Notes under the pieces: model-generated
The model's database searches: none
Seen by the model: the letters and a program-made list of their open reading frames with translations, nothing else
What the model was told of the DNA's origin: nothing
Origin: Eubacteriales bacterium
GTDB taxonomy: Bacteria > Bacillota > Clostridia > Oscillospirales > CAG-272
Reading direction: 5' to 3'
Assembly: GCA_045636465.1 (NCBI GenBank)
Contig: JAZTXP010000064.1
Span: 354 to 64,353, forward strand
DNA length: 64,000 bases
Translations under genes and position numbers: made by a program
In this document: piece after piece, positions 60,094 through 64,000 of the stretch
Position numbering within the stretch: the stretch's first letter is position 1
How the letters are laid out: each line of letters starts with the position of its first letter

Positions 60094-62010
60094 ATGAAAA
60101 AGCTGATGTTATCCATATTTATTTGCCTTTTGGTAGTAGTGGCGCTATGCTCTTGCGGCACTGTTAAGGGACTGCACACCTGCGCGGGCTATGAGATGGT
60201 GGCGCTGGAGCCCACCTGTGGCGAGGTGGGCGAGATGTTCCTCGTTTGCGAGACCTGCCTCGACGTGCTTGAAAGATACCCCATCCCCGCCACCGGCGAG
60301 CATACCTATGGCGAGAAGGTCTACGGCATTGCCGAATACAAGGACTGCGCTAATCGCCCATATACACAGCATTGTACCGTTTGCACATACACCTACACGG
60401 GCAAGGGCGGCTTTGAGGCGCATATGTTTGAGCTCGTGGAGACTGTTGCCCCCACCTGCGCTGAGCGCGGATATGATAAAAAGATCTGCACCGTCTGCGG
60501 CGTGGTGCATACGGATAATTACACGAACACCATCGCACATGAGTTTGAGAGCGAGTACTCAACCGACGAGAGCTTCCATTGGTATGCCTGCCAAAACTGT
60601 AACTTAGCTTCGAATCAAGGCCTTCATTACGAGGATGGCTCAGGCTATTGTACCGCTTGCAATATGGAGATCAAGTCAACTCCCGGTCTTCTGTATGAAA
60701 TATCCGAGGACGGAAGCTATGCAACGGTGACCGGATACATAGGCAACCAGAGGATCATTCGTATCGCCGAGGAATACGAAGGCGTTCCCGTTACTCACGT
60801 TGGAACTAATTTCCTCGGAGGTACGAGAGTTAAGGAAGTAATATTTGCAGACAGTATAACTCACATTGACGACTCCGCCTTTCATTCTCAGATAAATCTT
60901 ACTACACTGAAAAACACCGACGGCATAACTCATATCGGCCAAGCAGCATTTTACAACTGTGACCGCCTTGAGATGAGCGAACTTCCAAAAAACCTTCAGG
61001 TTATTGGACCTGATGCCTTTGCCTATTGCCATAGTCTGAATATCCACCGAATTTCCAAGAGCGTCACCCACATTGGCGGACGCGCATTTGCCGGTTGTAA
61101 TGCCCTCGTTGATATGACCGTGATGGGAGATAGCCTCGATACGATAGGGTACGGCGCATTTTCCGATTGCCTGAACCTTCGCAATGTGGTTATCGGCGAA
61201 GGAGTCACTACTCTTGAAAACAGAGTTTTTGAGCGCTCGGGAATAAAGAAAATTACCCTCCCCGATAGCGTAGTGACTCTTGGAGAATCCGTATTTTACG
61301 GTTGCGAAAAATTAGAAGAAATACACTTCGGCAAGAGCTTTGAAGCATTTGGTGAGCTTTCATTCTATAATTGCCTCAAGCTGGGCAAAATCACTTTATC
61401 TCCAGAAAATGAAAACTATTGTTTACTTGACGGCGTACTTTACACGAAGGATATGGAAAGGCTTGTGCTCTACCCCGTTGACGATTACAGAGAAAACGTT
61501 GCTATTCCCGACGGAGTTGTAATACTGGACGACTACGTTCTCAGGGGCGCAAGAATGAGCAATCTGACTATTCCCGACAGTGTTCAGGTTATCGGTAAGC
61601 AGGCGTTCAGCGATAATATGAGCCTCACTACCATTGACCTTGGAGTGGGTGTTACGGAAATAAGAGAAGGCGCGTTCGCCTACTGTAAAAATCTCACCGA
61701 GGTGAAGCTGCCTTCTGCTCTTGTCACCCTCGGCAGAAATGCGTTTGAAATGTGCAGCAAAATAAAAACCATAATCGTAAATAAAAATCTGAAAACAGTA
61801 GCTATGGGAGCATTTTATTCATCGGAATTTCTGTCTCCACCTGCCATTTATTATGAAGGCACAAAGGCGGATTGGTCAAAGATCGATTTTGAATATTCAT
61901 TCGACACACTTGCAAATATTGACTATACGTATTTCTACAGTGAAGATGAGCCTGCTTCTGCGGGCAAGTTCTGGCACTATGACGAAGGTGGCAAGCCCGT
62001 GAAGTGGTGA
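60094..62010 (+). CDS. BspA-type leucine-rich repeat (LRR_5) lipoprotein
   Basis: Lipobox LCSC; PTC...CxxC repeats; many IGxxAFxxCxxL repeats. Confidence 0.9.
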   Translation: MKKLMLSIFICLLVVVALCSCGTVKGLHTCAGYEMVALEPTCGEVGEMFLVCETCLDVLERYPIPATGEHTYGEKVYGIAEYKDCANRPYTQHCTVCTYTYTGKGGFEAHMFELVETVAPTCAERGYDKKICTVCGVVHTDNYTNTIAHEFESEYSTDESFHWYACQNCNLASNQGLHYEDGSGYCTACNMEIKSTPGLLYEISEDGSYATVTGYIGNQRIIRIAEEYEGVPVTHVGTNFLGGTRVKEVIFADSITHIDDSAFHSQINLTTLKNTDGITHIGQAAFYNCDRLEMSELPKNLQVIGPDAFAYCHSLNIHRISKSVTHIGGRAFAGCNALVDMTVMGDSLDTIGYGAFSDCLNLRNVVIGEGVTTLENRVFERSGIKKITLPDSVVTLGESVFYGCEKLEEIHFGKSFEAFGELSFYNCLKLGKITLSPENENYCLLDGVLYTKDMERLVLYPVDDYRENVAIPDGVVILDDYVLRGARMSNLTIPDSVQVIGKQAFSDNMSLTTIDLGVGVTEIREGAFAYCKNLTEVKLPSALVTLGRNAFEMCSKIKTIIVNKNLKTVAMGAFYSSEFLSPPAIYYEGTKADWSKIDFEYSFDTLANIDYTYFYSEDEPASAGKFWHYDEGGKPVKW

Positions 62011-62242
62011 TCTTGCATTCAAAATAACTGCCGTTTTCACTGGCACGGTGAAAAAAACAAACAATTAAACAAGTAAAAATCGGCTGCTTTCCACAGCCAA
62101 AATGAAAAACAAAAGTAACTAAATAAAAATAGCGGTTGCTTTACCGAATGGTGAGGCAACCGTTTTTGTTTTATATTTTTCCAGTTGATGTTATTGTGCC
62201 GTGTAGAAAAACGGCGGTTATTGCGGAATATAGCATACCTAA

Positions 62243-62845
62243 TCACTTGTTGGAATCTATATGAGGAAGGTAGGCTTTAAGATAATCCAGGCCGGAGAAT
62301 ACGGTAGTGAATGCCATTACCGCCATACAGGTGTAGGAGGGTACGTGCCATTCGGTGAAGAAGGGGTAAGGGATCATAGGCTCAAGGATGAGGACTACTG
62401 TGCCCACCATCTGAGAGACGGTTTTGATCTTGCCGAGGGTGCTTGCCGCTACCACGATGCCGCTCTTGCCTGCTACAACCAGGCGAATGCTTGTTACCGC
62501 AAGCTCGCGGAGAAGAATGATGAGGACTACCCAAACGAAGATCATTGCCTGCAAGGTGTCACCGCGAAGCACCATCCAAACGAGGATGGAAATCATTGAG
62601 GCGAGAACCATAAACTTATCCGCCAAGGGGTCGATGAACTTGCCGAAGTCGGTTACGAGATTGTGTTTTCTTGCAATCTTGCCGTCAAGCATATCGGTGA
62701 GTGCGGTAAGACCGTAAACCAGGGCGGGAATAATATATCCCCATATAGGATGCTTTATAAAGAGCAACGTTACAACGAAGATCGGAACGAGTACAACTCT
62801 CACAAGAGAGAGTGTATTTGGAACGTTAAGCGACCATTTTTTCAT
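62243..62845 (-). CDS. pgsA: CDP-diacylglycerol--glycerol-3-phosphate 3-phosphatidyltransferase
   Basis: PNTLS, TDMLDGKIAR...GKFIDPLADK, GKIKT; follows rimO. Confidence 0.95.
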   Translation of the reverse strand: MKKWSLNVPNTLSLVRVVLVPIFVVTLLFIKHPIWGYIIPALVYGLTALTDMLDGKIARKHNLVTDFGKFIDPLADKFMVLASMISILVWMVLRGDTLQAMIFVWVVLIILLRELAVTSIRLVVAGKSGIVVAASTLGKIKTVSQMVGTVVLILEPMIPYPFFTEWHVPSYTCMAVMAFTTVFSGLDYLKAYLPHIDSNK

Positions 62846-62960
62846 TTTGCTTTTTCTCCTTTTAATTAGAATCGACACATTTTCAGGGCTATATGTAAAT
62901 GTTTATTTACAAAATCAAACATTATACGATATTTATATACAATTCAATCCGAAAACGATA

Positions 62961-63086
62961 CTCAATTTCTTCATTTTACATTTCTCATTTGTTGCCACCG
63001 GCAACAGAAATTTCTCATTTTACATTTCTCATTTGTTGCGCCCGCGCAACAGAAATTTCTCATTTCTAATTTCTCATTCCTCATTT
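62961..63086 (-). repeat. Heptamer (AGAAATG/AGAAATT) repeats interleaved with two GC hairpins
   Basis: Duplicated tcattttacatttctcatttgttgc...gcaacagaaatttc units; overlaps the rimO stop. Confidence 0.8.
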
Positions 63087-64000
63087 GGCAAAACAAGTTC
63101 GCCAATAAGGTCATAATCCAGCGCTTCGGTGATCTCCACCTGGGCGAACTCACCGGGGGCGATTTTTTCTTCGGATTTGAAGTAGACCTTTCCGTCAACG
63201 TCGGGGGCATCGGCGAAGGAGCGGGCATAGTAGACCTCTGCCACCTCGTCAAAGCCGTCCACAAGAACGGTGAGAGTTTTTCCGATATTTTCCGCTATTT
63301 TTTCCTCGTTCACCGAGAACTGCGTCTGCATAAGTACATCGTATCTGTCCTGCTTCACCTGGGGATCGATCTCGCCGTCAAATTCAGCGGCGGCAGTTCC
63401 CTCCTCGGGAGAATAGGTGAATGCGCCGAAGCGATCGAACTTGGCTTCCTTGATAAACTCGCAAAGCTCTGTGAAATCCTCCTCGGTCTCACCGGGGAAG
63501 CCCACCATTGCGGTGGTACGGAGAACGATGCCGGGCACCTCGTCGCGAAGCTTTTTGACAGCCGACTTGATAAGGTCGGAGCCGCCGTGGCGATTCATTC
63601 TCGTCAGAACACTATCGGAAATATGCTGGATGGGAACGTCCATATATTTGAGAAGACGGTCGTTGTCCCGAAGCTCGGCAATAAGCTCGTCGGTGATCTT
63701 ATCTGGGTAGCAATAAAGGAGTCTTATCCATGGAATTGTGGTATTTTTTGTGATCTCTCGCACAAGGTCAGCGAGGGCGTATCTGCCGTAAAGGTCAAGA
63801 CCGTATCTCGTTGTATCCTGAGCGATAAGGTTTATTTCCTTCACGCCCAGAGTCTCAAGATCCTTTGCCTCGGCAACGATATCCTCGATGGTTCTGGAGC
63901 GAAGTCTGCCGCGGATAAGAGGGATAGCGCAATAGGTGCAGCGGTTGTCGCAGCCCTCCGCGATTTTCAGGTAAGCGGTGTGCGGCTGGGTTGTGATTAT
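63074..64000 (-). CDS. rimO: Ribosomal protein S12 methylthiotransferase, 5' truncated
   Basis: Frame is open to the window edge: AYLKIAEGCDNRCTYCAIP, IAQDTT, GFPGET, APDVDG, YDLIG. Confidence 0.95.
   Translation of the reverse strand: MITTQPHTAYLKIAEGCDNRCTYCAIPLIRGRLRSRTIEDIVAEAKDLETLGVKEINLIAQDTTRYGLDLYGRYALADLVREITKNTTIPWIRLLYCYPDKITDELIAELRDNDRLLKYMDVPIQHISDSVLTRMNRHGGSDLIKSAVKKLRDEVPGIVLRTTAMVGFPGETEEDFTELCEFIKEAKFDRFGAFTYSPEEGTAAAEFDGEIDPQVKQDRYDVLMQTQFSVNEEKIAENIGKTLTVLVDGFDEVAEVYYARSFADAPDVDGKVYFKSEEKIAPGEFAQVEITEALDYDLIGELVLPNEE

Overview
Chromosomal 64 kb from what looks like an uncultured gut or rumen Clostridia (Bacillota) genome, inferred from spoVG, remA and sigma-A promoters. 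Housekeeping genes: nrdR-yloC-remA-rpoZ-priA-def (no gmk or coaBC), gdhA, murC/spoVG, pgk/tpiA, tldD/pmbA, rimO-pgsA and tRNA-Gln. A Mn-homeostasis set comprises two yybP-ykoY riboswitches (before mntP and before a P-type ATPase) and a Mn catalase. Several secreted multidomain proteins are present. No CRISPR array, integrase or transposase was seen. The best candidates for undescribed biology are: (1) a four-gene cluster at 22.2-26.5 kb whose proteins share five copies of a ~120-140 aa helical domain I cannot assign, one fused to a Pro/acidic linker and a 21-heptad glutamine zipper, with a structured intergenic RNA candidate inside the cluster; (2) an AT-rich HAD phosphatase fused to a CorA-like 2-TM domain just downstream of tRNA-Gln, possibly a one-gene defence system; (3) several families of oriented intergenic hairpin elements, including dimers spaced exactly 112 bp apart at two loci; (4) a membrane-anchored cohesin-like/dockerin-like gene pair. 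All family calls are by-eye motif recognition; no database searches were run.
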